DNA of 40,439 nucleotides from Gammaproteobacteria bacterium (GTDB lineage: Bacteria; Pseudomonadota; Gammaproteobacteria; Thiohalorhabdales; Thiohalorhabdaceae). The position numbers and the translations under genes are program-made. The stretch's first letter is position 1; each line of letters opens with the position of its first letter. The stretch covers positions 1 through 40,439 of the forward strand of contig JAHEOG010000139.1 in the NCBI GenBank assembly GCA_018609925.1. The letters run 5' to 3'. The notes below the pieces were generated by a model. That model did not search any database and had not been told where the DNA came from. It was given only the letters and a program-made list of their open reading frames with translations. This document shows, in pieces, positions 32,215-40,439 of the stretch.

Positions 32215-32224
32215 GGAGTTCCTT

Positions 32225-32240
32225 TGCCAGAAGCGTGCCT
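32225..32240 (-). promoter_or_regulatory. sigma54 (-24/-12)-like promoter
   Basis: Minus-strand AGGCACGCTTCTGGCA has exact GG-N10-GC spacing, with two mismatches to TGGCACG-N4-TTGCW. Confidence 0.5.
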
Positions 32241-32265
32241 CGATTGGCCCATGAGGAGGTGAGCC

Positions 32266-32574
32266 GTGAACCTGATCGTCTACACTACTTGCCCCGACGA
32301 GGAGACGGCCCGGAGCATCAGTCACAAGGTAGTGAAGGAGCGCGTCGCGGCCTGTGTTCACCGCCAGCCGGCGGGGACCAGTGTGTTCGAGTGGGAGGAA
32401 CGGATCGAGGAGGAGGAGGAGATCCTGCTGGTGATCAAGACCAAGGAGAAGCTCTACGAGCCCTTGGAATCGGCCATCCTCCAGCTCCACCCCTATGATG
32501 TACCCGAGATCATCGCCGTTCCCATCGAGAACGGCCTGGCCTCCTATCTGCGCTGGATCGACCACCTGGATTAG
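32266..32574 (+). CDS. cutA: Divalent-cation tolerance protein CutA
   Basis: GTG after AGGAGGT. Motifs TTCPDEETA, AACV, S.F.WE, IKT, LHPYDVPEII and YLRWI. Confidence 0.95.
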   Translation: MNLIVYTTCPDEETARSISHKVVKERVAACVHRQPAGTSVFEWEERIEEEEEILLVIKTKEKLYEPLESAILQLHPYDVPEIIAVPIENGLASYLRWIDHLD

Positions 32575-32635
32575 CGTTCGCCAAAGGCGGTCCACGCTCC
32601 CCAATCACCGGCCGTCATTCGTCCGGAGGAAAGCG

Positions 32636-33106
32636 GTGATTCCCAAGGCAAAGGCCCTTCCCGCCCACGGCCCTTATGCCGGAGTGCTCACGGTCCTGCT
32701 GCTGGCCGCGTCCCCGGCAATCCCCGAATCGGGTGACCTCCTCCCCCCGGAAGGGGCCTTCCGGGCCGAGGCCGAAAGGCTCTGTCCCGACCGGGTGCGG
32801 GTTGCCTGGCGAATCGCCGAGGGCCACTACCTCTACCGCGATCGCATCGCGGTCCGGGTGCGTCGCCCCGAGGGGGTGTCGGTGGCCGTTCTTAACCTGA
32901 GCCGGGGAGCCCGTGAGCGGGATGCCCTCTCCGGCCAATGGCGCCGGGTCCTGCGGGAGGAGGCGGTCCTTACCGCCCACCTGGAGGAGCCCGGAACGGC
33001 CTCCCCCCTCCAGATCGAGGTCCGTTACCAGGGCTGCGCCGAGGGCCGGCTCTGCTACTCCCCCCAGCGCCGGACCTTTGCCCTTTTGCCCGAGGGGTCC
33101 TCCTGA
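32636..33106 (+). CDS. Stand-alone DsbD N-terminal (alpha) domain protein
   Basis: GTG after GGAGGA. Signal-like stretch, then LLPPEGAF, WRIAEGHYLYRDRI and YQGCAEGRLCYSP (the DsbD-alpha Cys pair). Stops after 156 aa. Confidence 0.82.
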   Translation: MIPKAKALPAHGPYAGVLTVLLLAASPAIPESGDLLPPEGAFRAEAERLCPDRVRVAWRIAEGHYLYRDRIAVRVRRPEGVSVAVLNLSRGARERDALSGQWRRVLREEAVLTAHLEEPGTASPLQIEVRYQGCAEGRLCYSPQRRTFALLPEGSS

Positions 33107-33266
33107 CGGCCCCGTTCCGAGCCCAATACTTGGGGGTAGGCATTGGACTGGGCTCCAGTATCTCGATAGGATGCCTGGACATTCGGGGGCAATGCCCCGA
33201 TCATGCCGGGATCTGTACGGATCGTAACCGTTCCGGTTCAATGGGGCCCGCCGATTGGGGAGCCTT

Positions 33267-33926
33267 ATGATCCACGTGGAAAAGGCCCTTGCCAGCGCCC
33301 GCGAGGCCTGGGAGGCGGGGGACCTGGAGGCGGCCGAGCGCGAGCTCTTGCCGGTCTTGGAGGTCGATGACCTGGAGCCCCGGGCGCTTCGCCTGATGGG
33401 CCAGATCGCCCGTGCCCGGGGGGATCCGGAGCGGGCCGCGGATCTCTTCGAGCGGGCCCTGGAGGCCCGCCATCCCGAGGCCCGTGAGGGTCCCCAGGGG
33501 CCCCGGCCCACCCCCAGCCTGGCCGAGCTCTACGCCGAGCAGGGCTATCCCGAAGCGGCGGCCGAGGTCTACCGGCGGCTCCTGGAAGGGGAAGAAGGCG
33601 ATCCGAGGGCCGAGCAGTGGCGCCGGCGGCTCGCTGAGCTGGAGGGGGGACCGTCCAGGTCGGCGCGACGGGAGGAGGAGCCCCCAGAAGAAGCGGGAGC
33701 AGTCTCCCCGGTGGGGGAGCCGATCGGGGAGGAGCCCGAAAGCGGAACGGGATCAACGGCCCCGGAGCCTCCAGAGGCTTTCGGGGGCCCGAATGACGAA
33801 GGGGACTCCCAGGTCGTCGAGGACCGGCTTCGGGATTTTCTGGAGCGCCTGAAGCGCTATCGGAGCGCGGATCGCCTGGGTCGGTTCCTGGAGACTCTGG
33901 GGAATCCTTCCGTGCGGGGGCAGTAG
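33267..33926 (+). CDS. Tetratricopeptide-repeat protein with an acidic low-complexity linker
   Basis: ATG after GGGGAG. TPR-like helices (ALRLMGQIARARGDPERAADLFERAL and TPSLAELYAEQGYPEAAAEVYRRLL), an E/P-rich linker and a C-terminal amphipathic helix. Confidence 0.75.
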   Translation: MIHVEKALASAREAWEAGDLEAAERELLPVLEVDDLEPRALRLMGQIARARGDPERAADLFERALEARHPEAREGPQGPRPTPSLAELYAEQGYPEAAAEVYRRLLEGEEGDPRAEQWRRRLAELEGGPSRSARREEEPPEEAGAVSPVGEPIGEEPESGTGSTAPEPPEAFGGPNDEGDSQVVEDRLRDFLERLKRYRSADRLGRFLETLGNPSVRGQ

Positions 33927-33983
33927 CCAGCGGACAGGGACAAGAACCGGTCCGCAGCCCGGCAGGCCAATCAGGGGGAGGGT

Positions 33984-34466
33984 ATGGACATACGTAAGAT
34001 CCGGCGGCTCATCGAGCTGTTGGAGGACTCGGACGTCAACGAGATCGAGATCCGGGAGGGCGAGGAGAGCGTCCGGATCAGCCGGGGTGCTCCCGCGCCG
34101 CCGACGGCCTATCCCCCGTACCCGCCTCCTCCGCAAGCGCCTACCCAGCCGACTCCCCAGGAACCGACCCCGCATGGCCCCCCTGGGGCCGGACCGGCCT
34201 CTCAGGGGGAGGCCGAAGAGACCGCCGTCAAGGTGGTGGCGCCCATGGTGGGGACCTTCTACCGGGCCGCCTCCCCCGAAGCGGAGCCTTTCGTCAACGA
34301 GGGGGACTTCGTCCACATCGGTGACACCCTGGGCGTCATCGAGGCGATGAAGCTCTTCAACGAGATCGAGTCGGAGCATTCGGGCCGGATCAAGCGGATC
34401 CTGGTGGAGAACGCCCAGCCCGTGGAGTACGGGGAGCCCCTGTTCCTAATCGAGCCGGAGGGCTAG
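33984..34466 (+). CDS. accB: Acetyl-CoA carboxylase biotin carboxyl carrier protein
   Basis: Motifs [20 protein letters not shown] and the EAMK biotinylation motif. Confidence 0.97.
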   Translation: MDIRKIRRLIELLEDSDVNEIEIREGEESVRISRGAPAPPTAYPPYPPPPQAPTQPTPQEPTPHGPPGAGPASQGEAEETAVKVVAPMVGTFYRAASPEAEPFVNEGDFVHIGDTLGVIEAMKLFNEIESEHSGRIKRILVENAQPVEYGEPLFLIEPEG

Positions 34467-34473
34467 GCCGGCC

Positions 34474-35817
34474 ATGTTCGACAAGGTCTTGATCGCCAAC
34501 CGGGGGGAGGTCGCCCTCCGGATCCTTCGTGCCTGCCGGGAGCTGGGGATCAAGGCGGTGGCCGTGCACTCCCAGGCCGATCGCGACGCCAAGTACGTCA
34601 AGCTGGCCGACGAATCGGTATGCATCGGGCCCAATCCCGCCACCGACAGCTACCTCCACATCCCGGCGGTGATGAGCGCTGCCGAGGTCACCGACGCCGA
34701 GGCCATCCATCCCGGCTACGGCTTCCTTTCGGAGAACGCCGACTTCGCGGAGATCGTGGAGTCCTCCGGGCTCACCTTCATCGGTCCCTCGGCCGAGCTG
34801 ATCCGGACCATGGGGGATAAGGTCGCCGCCAAGCAGGCCATGGAGCAGGCCGGTGTCCCCTGCGTCCCCGGCTCCGACGGCCCCCTGCCTCCCGACGAGA
34901 GCCGCATCCGGGAGGTCGCCCGGGGGGTGGGCTACCCCATCATGATCAAGGCCGCCGGTGGCGGCGGGGGCAAGGGCATGCGGGTGGTGCACACCGAAGC
35001 CAGCCTGCTGAGCGCCATCTCCATGACCCAGGCCGAGGCGGGCAAGGCCTTCGGCAACGATACGGTCTATCTGGAGAAGTTCCTGGGCCAGCCCCGCCAC
35101 GTCGAGTTCCAGGTGGTGGCCGACAAGCACGGAAATGCCATCCACCTGGGCGAGCGGGACTGTTCCGTCCAGCGCCGCCACCAGAAACTGCTGGAAGAGG
35201 CCCCCGCCCCGGGAATATCGGAGGAGGTCCGCCAGGAGATGGGCCAGCGCTGTGCCGAGGCGGCCCGGCGGCTCGGCTACACCGGCCTCGGCACCTACGA
35301 GTTCCTCTACGAAAACGGCGAGTTCTTCTTCATCGAGATGAATACCCGCCTGCAGGTAGAGCATCCCATAACCGAGGCCATCACCGGGGTGGACCTGGTC
35401 AAGGAGCAGATCCGGGTGGCGGCCAGCGAGCGCCTGAGCCACGAGCAGGAGGACATTGTCCCAAGGGGCCACGCCATCGAGTGCCGAATCAATGCCGAGG
35501 ACCCGGAGACCTTCGCTCCGTCCCCCGGGCCCATCGAGCATTTCCACCTCCCGGGCGGGCCGGGGGTTCGCCTCGACACCCACAGCTACACCGGCTATGT
35601 CATGCCGCCGTTCTACGACAGCCTGCTCGGCAAGCTGATCGTGACCGGGGAGAACCGGGAGGAGGCCCAGGCCCGCCTGGGCCGGGCCTTGGAGGAATTC
35701 ATCGTGGCCGATATCCGTACGACCATCCCGCTGCACCAGCGCCTCCTGCGGGACGGACGGTTCCAGACAGGCGGGGTGGACATCCATTTCCTCGAGCGCT
35801 TCCTGGGCGAGGAATGA
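34474..35817 (+). CDS. accC: Acetyl-CoA carboxylase biotin carboxylase subunit
   Basis: Motifs [39 protein letters not shown] and [10 protein letters not shown]. Confidence 0.98.
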   Translation: MFDKVLIANRGEVALRILRACRELGIKAVAVHSQADRDAKYVKLADESVCIGPNPATDSYLHIPAVMSAAEVTDAEAIHPGYGFLSENADFAEIVESSGLTFIGPSAELIRTMGDKVAAKQAMEQAGVPCVPGSDGPLPPDESRIREVARGVGYPIMIKAAGGGGGKGMRVVHTEASLLSAISMTQAEAGKAFGNDTVYLEKFLGQPRHVEFQVVADKHGNAIHLGERDCSVQRRHQKLLEEAPAPGISEEVRQEMGQRCAEAARRLGYTGLGTYEFLYENGEFFFIEMNTRLQVEHPITEAITGVDLVKEQIRVAASERLSHEQEDIVPRGHAIECRINAEDPETFAPSPGPIEHFHLPGGPGVRLDTHSYTGYVMPPFYDSLLGKLIVTGENREEAQARLGRALEEFIVADIRTTIPLHQRLLRDGRFQTGGVDIHFLERFLGEE

Positions 35818-36734
35818 CCGGGCGGTTGGGAGCGGCTGCCGGGTCCGACGACAGGGCCTGGATCGAGGCCCGGGTCACCGTGGAGCGGCAGGCTCTGGAC
35901 GCGGTGGAGGAATCCCTTGCGCAAGCGGGGGCCTCGGCGGTGACGGTGGCCGAAGGGGGAGATGACCGGCTCCTCGTGGAGCCCGGTGCCGCATGGTCCC
36001 ACCACCGGGTGACGGGGCTGTTTCCCGCCGATGCCCCGCCTCCGGATCTGGAAGCCCGGCTGGCCCGGGCGGCCGGGGGTGGCGTCGGGGTCGAATGGAT
36101 CCCCGTGGCGGATACCGACTGGGCCAACGCCTGGAAGGATCACTTCTCGGCGTTTCCTGTCGGCCGGCGGCTTTGGGTCCGCCCGAGCTGGGCCCCGGCG
36201 AGTCTGCCGTCGGGGCGGGTGGAAGTGGTCCTCGATCCCGGGATGGCCTTCGGCACGGGTTATCATGCCACCACCCGACTTTGTCTGCGATGGCTGGAGG
36301 GTCGGATCAGTGCCGATAGTCCCCCGGCCGTTTTGGATTACGGGTGTGGCAGCGGGATCCTCGCCATCGCCGCGGCCAAGCTGGGAGCCCCCCGCGTGGT
36401 GGCGGTGGACAACGATCCCGCCGCCCTGGAGGCCACCCGCACCAACGCGGCAGCCAACGGCGTCGGCGAGCGGATCGAGGTGCGAGCCCCGGGAGCGGGC
36501 CCGGGCGATGGGGCCCCCTTCCCCTGCGTGGTGGCGAACATCCTGTCCCGCACCCTCATCGAGCTTGCCGGTGAGCTGACCGAGGCCACCGCGGTCGGGG
36601 GGGAGCTTGTCCTAGCCGGCCTCCTGGGACCCCAGGCGGATGCGGTGCGTCAGGCCTTGCCGCGGTTCCGTTGGGGACCGGAGGTCCCCGAGGGGGAGTG
36701 GGTCCGCCTGGACGGAGTCCGACAAGAGGGATAA
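35814..36734 (+). CDS. prmA: Ribosomal protein L11 methyltransferase PrmA
   Basis: ATGA overlap with accC. Motifs [38 protein letters not shown] and VANIL. Confidence 0.95.
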   Translation: MTGRLGAAAGSDDRAWIEARVTVERQALDAVEESLAQAGASAVTVAEGGDDRLLVEPGAAWSHHRVTGLFPADAPPPDLEARLARAAGGGVGVEWIPVADTDWANAWKDHFSAFPVGRRLWVRPSWAPASLPSGRVEVVLDPGMAFGTGYHATTRLCLRWLEGRISADSPPAVLDYGCGSGILAIAAAKLGAPRVVAVDNDPAALEATRTNAAANGVGERIEVRAPGAGPGDGAPFPCVVANILSRTLIELAGELTEATAVGGELVLAGLLGPQADAVRQALPRFRWGPEVPEGEWVRLDGVRQEG

Positions 36735-36740
36735 GGCCCC

Positions 36741-37700
36741 TTGGAGCTTCAGTGCCCCGGTTGCGGGACCCGTTTTCGGGTCGAGGACTCGCTCCTGGGC
36801 CCCCAGGGCCGCCGCGTCCGCTGTTCCCGTTGCGGGCACCGGTTTTGGGCGGCGCCCCCGGCCTCCCTTCAAGAGCCGGAGCCCCCCGGTCCGGAGGAGC
36901 CCGTTTCCACGGAGGAGGCCCGTCCGGATCCGGACGAAGTGGGCTCGGGGTGGCAGATGGAGGGCGACCGGGCGGAACCGCACACAACAGGGCCGCCGAC
37001 TCCGGGCCTAGGGGCGTCGTCGGAGCCGCCGTTGCCGGAGATCTCAGAGACCGCCCCGAGGGAGGAAGGCGGGGCGGCTGCCAAGGCCCTTTCCGAAGGG
37101 GCGGAAGGAGCCGCTCCTCCCGGAGGGCCTGCCACCGGCCCGACCCCCCAAGCCGGCTCCCCCAAACGGGGGAGAGGGCTTTCCCTGCTCGTGGGTCTGC
37201 TGGTGCTTCTGCTCGTCGTGGGCCTGCTGGTGGAGCTGGGCTACGCCTTCCGTCACCAGATCCTGGCCTATCCGGGGCCCCGCGCGGCGGTCCAGTCGGG
37301 GCTGGAGGTTGCCGGGCTGGATTGGTCTTTGCCCCTGGCCTTTCGCCACTACCGGGCCGAAGAGGTGGCGGCCCACCGGGTCCGGCTCGCCTCCGGGAGA
37401 CAGCTCACCCTGGTGGAGGGTGTGCTCCAAAACAGCGCCCCCTTCGCCCAGCCCCTGCCTCGCCTGGAGCTCCGTGCGGAGGATTCCGCCGGTGGCATCC
37501 GCTATCGTCGGGTCCATACGCCGGGTGTCCGCATGGAGCTGGATGGCAAGATGGCCATGGCGGAGATGCGACGGCGGTGGCGTGGGGCGCTGCGGGATCT
37601 GCCCGAGGAGCTCGCCCCGGGGCAGAGGCTGCCTTTCACCGTGCTGGTGGAGGATGCACCCCCCGGGATCGAGCGTTTCCGGGTGGAGATCGTCGACTGA
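36741..37700 (+). CDS. Zinc-ribbon (MJ0042-type) and DUF3426 membrane protein
   Basis: CPGC...VRCSRC zinc ribbon, a P/E-rich linker, one TM segment and a C-terminal beta domain. Usual position after prmA. Confidence 0.85.
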   Translation: MELQCPGCGTRFRVEDSLLGPQGRRVRCSRCGHRFWAAPPASLQEPEPPGPEEPVSTEEARPDPDEVGSGWQMEGDRAEPHTTGPPTPGLGASSEPPLPEISETAPREEGGAAAKALSEGAEGAAPPGGPATGPTPQAGSPKRGRGLSLLVGLLVLLLVVGLLVELGYAFRHQILAYPGPRAAVQSGLEVAGLDWSLPLAFRHYRAEEVAAHRVRLASGRQLTLVEGVLQNSAPFAQPLPRLELRAEDSAGGIRYRRVHTPGVRMELDGKMAMAEMRRRWRGALRDLPEELAPGQRLPFTVLVEDAPPGIERFRVEIVD

Positions 37701-37721
37701 AAGGGGGCGGGTCTGCCCGCG

Positions 37722-37751
37722 TTGCCTCCGGTTCGAGCCCCGGCCTAGAAT
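37722..37751 (+). promoter_or_regulatory. Possible sigma70 promoter of fis-purH-purD
   Basis: TTGCCT-N18-TAGAAT in the gap before fis. Confidence 0.45.
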
Positions 37752-37863
37752 GGTTCTCCACCAATGGTTCGGGGTGGGGAGCCGGTTCCTTTCTGGGCCC
37801 CGTTGACTCGGTTGCGATTTGCGGCCGCCTTTCCAGGCTTTGCCATTCAGAAGGACAGCCACT

Positions 37864-38136
37864 TTGGCGGAATCCGGCGCCCAGCCCTCCCCGACGTATC
37901 CGGGGCTTCAGGCCTGCATCGAAGAGGCCCTGGATGAGTATTTCGCCCACCTAGACGGGGAGCGCCCCTGCGGTCAGCTCTACTACGTGGTTCTGGCCGA
38001 GGTGGAGCAGGCCCTGCTGAGTCGTATCCTGCGCGAGACCGGTACCAACCAGCGCCGGGCCGCCGAATTGCTGGGTCTGAGCCGCAACACCTTGCGCAAG
38101 AAGGTCCAGGCCTACGGCCTGGGGGGCTCCGAATAG
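37864..38136 (+). CDS. fis: Fis-family DNA-binding protein
   Basis: TTG 37864 after AGAAGGA. Pattern L..YFAHLDG...LY..VL.EVEQ.LL and HTH NQRRAAELLGLSRNTLRKK. Upstream of purH. Confidence 0.88.
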   Translation: MAESGAQPSPTYPGLQACIEEALDEYFAHLDGERPCGQLYYVVLAEVEQALLSRILRETGTNQRRAAELLGLSRNTLRKKVQAYGLGGSE

Positions 38137-38267
38137 GGAGAGCCTCCCGGTCCTGTCCCTCCCTATCTCCCGGGAGTCCGTACCGCGGTCCGCAGGGCGC
38201 CCGGTTCGGGGGAAGGGCCGATCCCCCGATCGGCCTTCAGCGGTTTCATCGAGGAAAGAGCGAGCCC

Positions 38268-39833
38268 ATGGCAGAGATCAAGCGGGCCCTGATCAGCGTG
38301 TCCGACAAGACCGGGCTGGCGGAGTTTGCCCGGGCCCTCCACGAGGAGTTCGGCGTGGAGATCGTCTCGACCGGGGGTACCGCTCGCGCCTTGCGGGAAT
38401 GGCAGATCCCGGTGGTGGAGATCTCCGATCTTACCGGCTATCCCGAGCTGCTGGACGGCCGGGTGAAGACCCTCCACCCGGCGGTGCTCGGCGGGATCCT
38501 GGCCCGGCGCTCGGATCCGGAGCACCGCGAGCAGATGGAGCGCCATAACCTGCCCGGGATCGATCTGGTGGCGGTAAACCTCTACCTTTTTGAGGCCGTG
38601 ACCGCCTCTGATGAGACCGAGCGCAGCGAGGCCATCGAGCACATCGATATCGGCGGGCCGACCATGCTGCGGGCGGCGGCAAAGAACCACGACCACGTAG
38701 CGGTCCTGGTGGATCCCGCCGACTACGAGCGCGTTGTGCGGGAGATGCGCTCCTCCGGCGGGGCGGTGGGGGAGGCGACCCGGTTCACCCTGGCCCGCAA
38801 GACCTTCGAGCACACCGCGCGCTACGACGGGGCCATCGCCAGCTATCTGGGCCGGTTCCGGGAGGACGGCTCGCGGGAGCCCTTCCCGGCCAGCCTCCAC
38901 CTCGCCTTCGAGAAGGTGGCGGACATGCGTTACGGGGAGAACCCTCACCAGCGGGGTGCCTTCTACCGGGAGCCCGACGCGGAGGGGGCCAGCCTCGTCA
39001 CCGCCAGCCAGCTCCAGGGCAAGGAGCTGTCCTTCAACAACGTGGCCGACCTGGATACCGCCCTGGAGGCGGTGAAGGAGCTGTCCGAGCCGGCCTGTGT
39101 CATCATCAAGCACGCCAATCCCTGCGGGGCCGCCGAGGCGAGCGATTCCCTCGGGGCCTACCGCAAGGCCTTCGCCTGCGACCCCACCTCCGCCTTCGGG
39201 GGATTGATCGCTTTCAACTGCCCGGTCGATGAGGCAACGGCCCGCGCCATCGTGGAACAGCAGTACGTGGAGGGGGTGATCGCCCCGGGGGTTTCCGAGC
39301 AGGCGCTGGCGGTCCTCGCCGATAAGCCGGCGATCCGCGTACTGCAGACCCCACGGCTGGACCTGCCCAGAAGCAGCCACTGGGATTACAAGCGCGTCAC
39401 CGGAGGGCTATTGGTCCAGGATCGGGACAGCGCGCTCCACGAGAGCGGCGAGCTCAAGGCCGTTACCCAGCGTGTGCCTACCGAGGCCGAATGGGAGGAG
39501 CTTCTTTTCGCCTGGCGGGTGGTCAAGCACGTCAAATCCAACGCCATTGTCTATACCAAGGACCGGGCCACGGTGGGCATCGGTGCCGGGCAGATGAGCC
39601 GGGTGGATGCCGCGTGCCTGGCCGCCAAGAAGGCCCAGGTCCCCCTGGCCGGCTCGGTGATGGCCTCGGACGCCTTCTTCCCCTTCCGGGATGGGCTGGA
39701 CGCCGCCGTGGAAGCACGGTGCTCGGCGGTTATCCAGCCTGGAGGATCCATCCGGGACAGTGAGGTGATCGAGGCCGCCGACGAGAACCACCTCGCCATG
39801 GTCTTTACGGGCATGCGCCACTTCCGGCACTAA
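38268..39833 (+). CDS. purH: Bifunctional AICAR transformylase / IMP cyclohydrolase PurH
   Basis: Motifs [50 protein letters not shown] and terminal RHFRH. Confidence 0.98.
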   Translation: MAEIKRALISVSDKTGLAEFARALHEEFGVEIVSTGGTARALREWQIPVVEISDLTGYPELLDGRVKTLHPAVLGGILARRSDPEHREQMERHNLPGIDLVAVNLYLFEAVTASDETERSEAIEHIDIGGPTMLRAAAKNHDHVAVLVDPADYERVVREMRSSGGAVGEATRFTLARKTFEHTARYDGAIASYLGRFREDGSREPFPASLHLAFEKVADMRYGENPHQRGAFYREPDAEGASLVTASQLQGKELSFNNVADLDTALEAVKELSEPACVIIKHANPCGAAEASDSLGAYRKAFACDPTSAFGGLIAFNCPVDEATARAIVEQQYVEGVIAPGVSEQALAVLADKPAIRVLQTPRLDLPRSSHWDYKRVTGGLLVQDRDSALHESGELKAVTQRVPTEAEWEELLFAWRVVKHVKSNAIVYTKDRATVGIGAGQMSRVDAACLAAKKAQVPLAGSVMASDAFFPFRDGLDAAVEARCSAVIQPGGSIRDSEVIEAADENHLAMVFTGMRHFRH

Positions 39834-39861
39834 AGCGTCCCTCTTTGCGAGAGGCCTTGTA

Positions 39862-40439
39862 ATGCGAATCCTGGTGGTCGGTGGCGGCGGTCGCGAGCAC
39901 GCCCTCGCCTGGAGGCTCAGCCGGAGCCCCCGGGTGGAAGAGGTTCTGTGCGCTCCGGGCAATGCCGGGACGGAGGCGGAGCCCCGGGTGACCCATGTCG
40001 ATGCCGGCGCCGACGACATCGAGGCCTTGGCGGCGGTGGCCCGCCAGGAGGCTGTGGATCTCACAGTGGTGGGCCCGGAGGATCCTCTGGTGGCCGGTAT
40101 CGTCGACCGCTTCGAGGACGCAGGCCTTTCCTGCTTTGGGCCGAGCGCCGCCGCAGCTCGACTGGAGGGCTCCAAGGCCTTCGCCAAGGCCTTTATGGCC
40201 CGCCACGGCATCCCGACGGCTGCCTGGGATTCCTTCCGCGACGGCGAGGAGGCCGTGGCCTTCGCGGAGCGGCTTGGGGGATCCGCGGTGATCAAGGCTG
40301 ATGGCCTGGCCGCCGGCAAGGGGGTGGTTCCGGTGAGCTCGGTGGACGAGGCCCGGGAGGCCATCCACGCGATCCTGGGGGGACGGTTCGGCGCGGCGGG
40401 TGAGACCGTGGTCGTGGAGGAGCGGCTGACCGGCGAGGA
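39862..40439 (+). CDS. purD: Phosphoribosylamine--glycine ligase PurD (3'-truncated by window edge)
   Basis: ATG 39862 begins MRILVVGGGGREHALAW, followed by APGNAG, VVGPE, LEGSKAFAK, IKADGLAAGKGV and VVVEERL. Absent from the ORF track because it has no stop in the window. Confidence 0.96.
   Translation, partial: MRILVVGGGGREHALAWRLSRSPRVEEVLCAPGNAGTEAEPRVTHVDAGADDIEALAAVARQEAVDLTVVGPEDPLVAGIVDRFEDAGLSCFGPSAAAARLEGSKAFAKAFMARHGIPTAAWDSFRDGEEAVAFAERLGGSAVIKADGLAAGKGVVPVSSVDEAREAIHAILGGRFGAAGETVVVEERLTGE

Noticed and set aside
38137-38267. ZMP/ZTP (pfl) riboswitch ahead of purH
   Set aside because: Only a GC-rich hairpin (GGCCGATC/GATCGGCC) is present. The GACTGGCG and CGCCTGGGC pseudoknot elements are absent.

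Overview
A high-GC, origin-proximal core chromosome segment from a proteobacterium, most likely a deep-branching and possibly halophilic gammaproteobacterium (inferred from acidic proteins and an Acidithiobacillus-like AtpE). Gene order: yidC (5'-partial), mnmE, mnmG, parA, parB, atpIBEFHAGDC, glmU, glmS, CLC channel, uvrD, then thrB and DUF2782 on the minus strand, then polA. A small variable block follows (sirtuin cobB, isochorismatase-family hydrolase, BtuF-like binding protein, DUF1931 double-histone-fold protein, an AT-rich island with a small ORF, yaiI). The window ends with groEL, groES and fxsA on the minus strand, then cutA, a DsbD N-domain gene, a TPR gene, accB, accC, prmA, DUF3426, fis, purH and purD (3'-partial). 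I saw no mobile element, CRISPR array, tRNA or rRNA. The best candidate for something undescribed is a structured small RNA between fxsA and cutA, with a sigma54-like promoter, a long stem and a UUCG terminator. Also notable: a histone-fold gene near a sirtuin with an in-frame deletion of its acyl-specificity helix, a perfect CIRCE operator on groESL alongside a sigma32-like fxsA promoter, two strong parS sites and one degenerate one, and the absence of rsmG, dusB, aroQ and most of dsbD from their usual positions. All family assignments are from motif recognition; no database searches were run.
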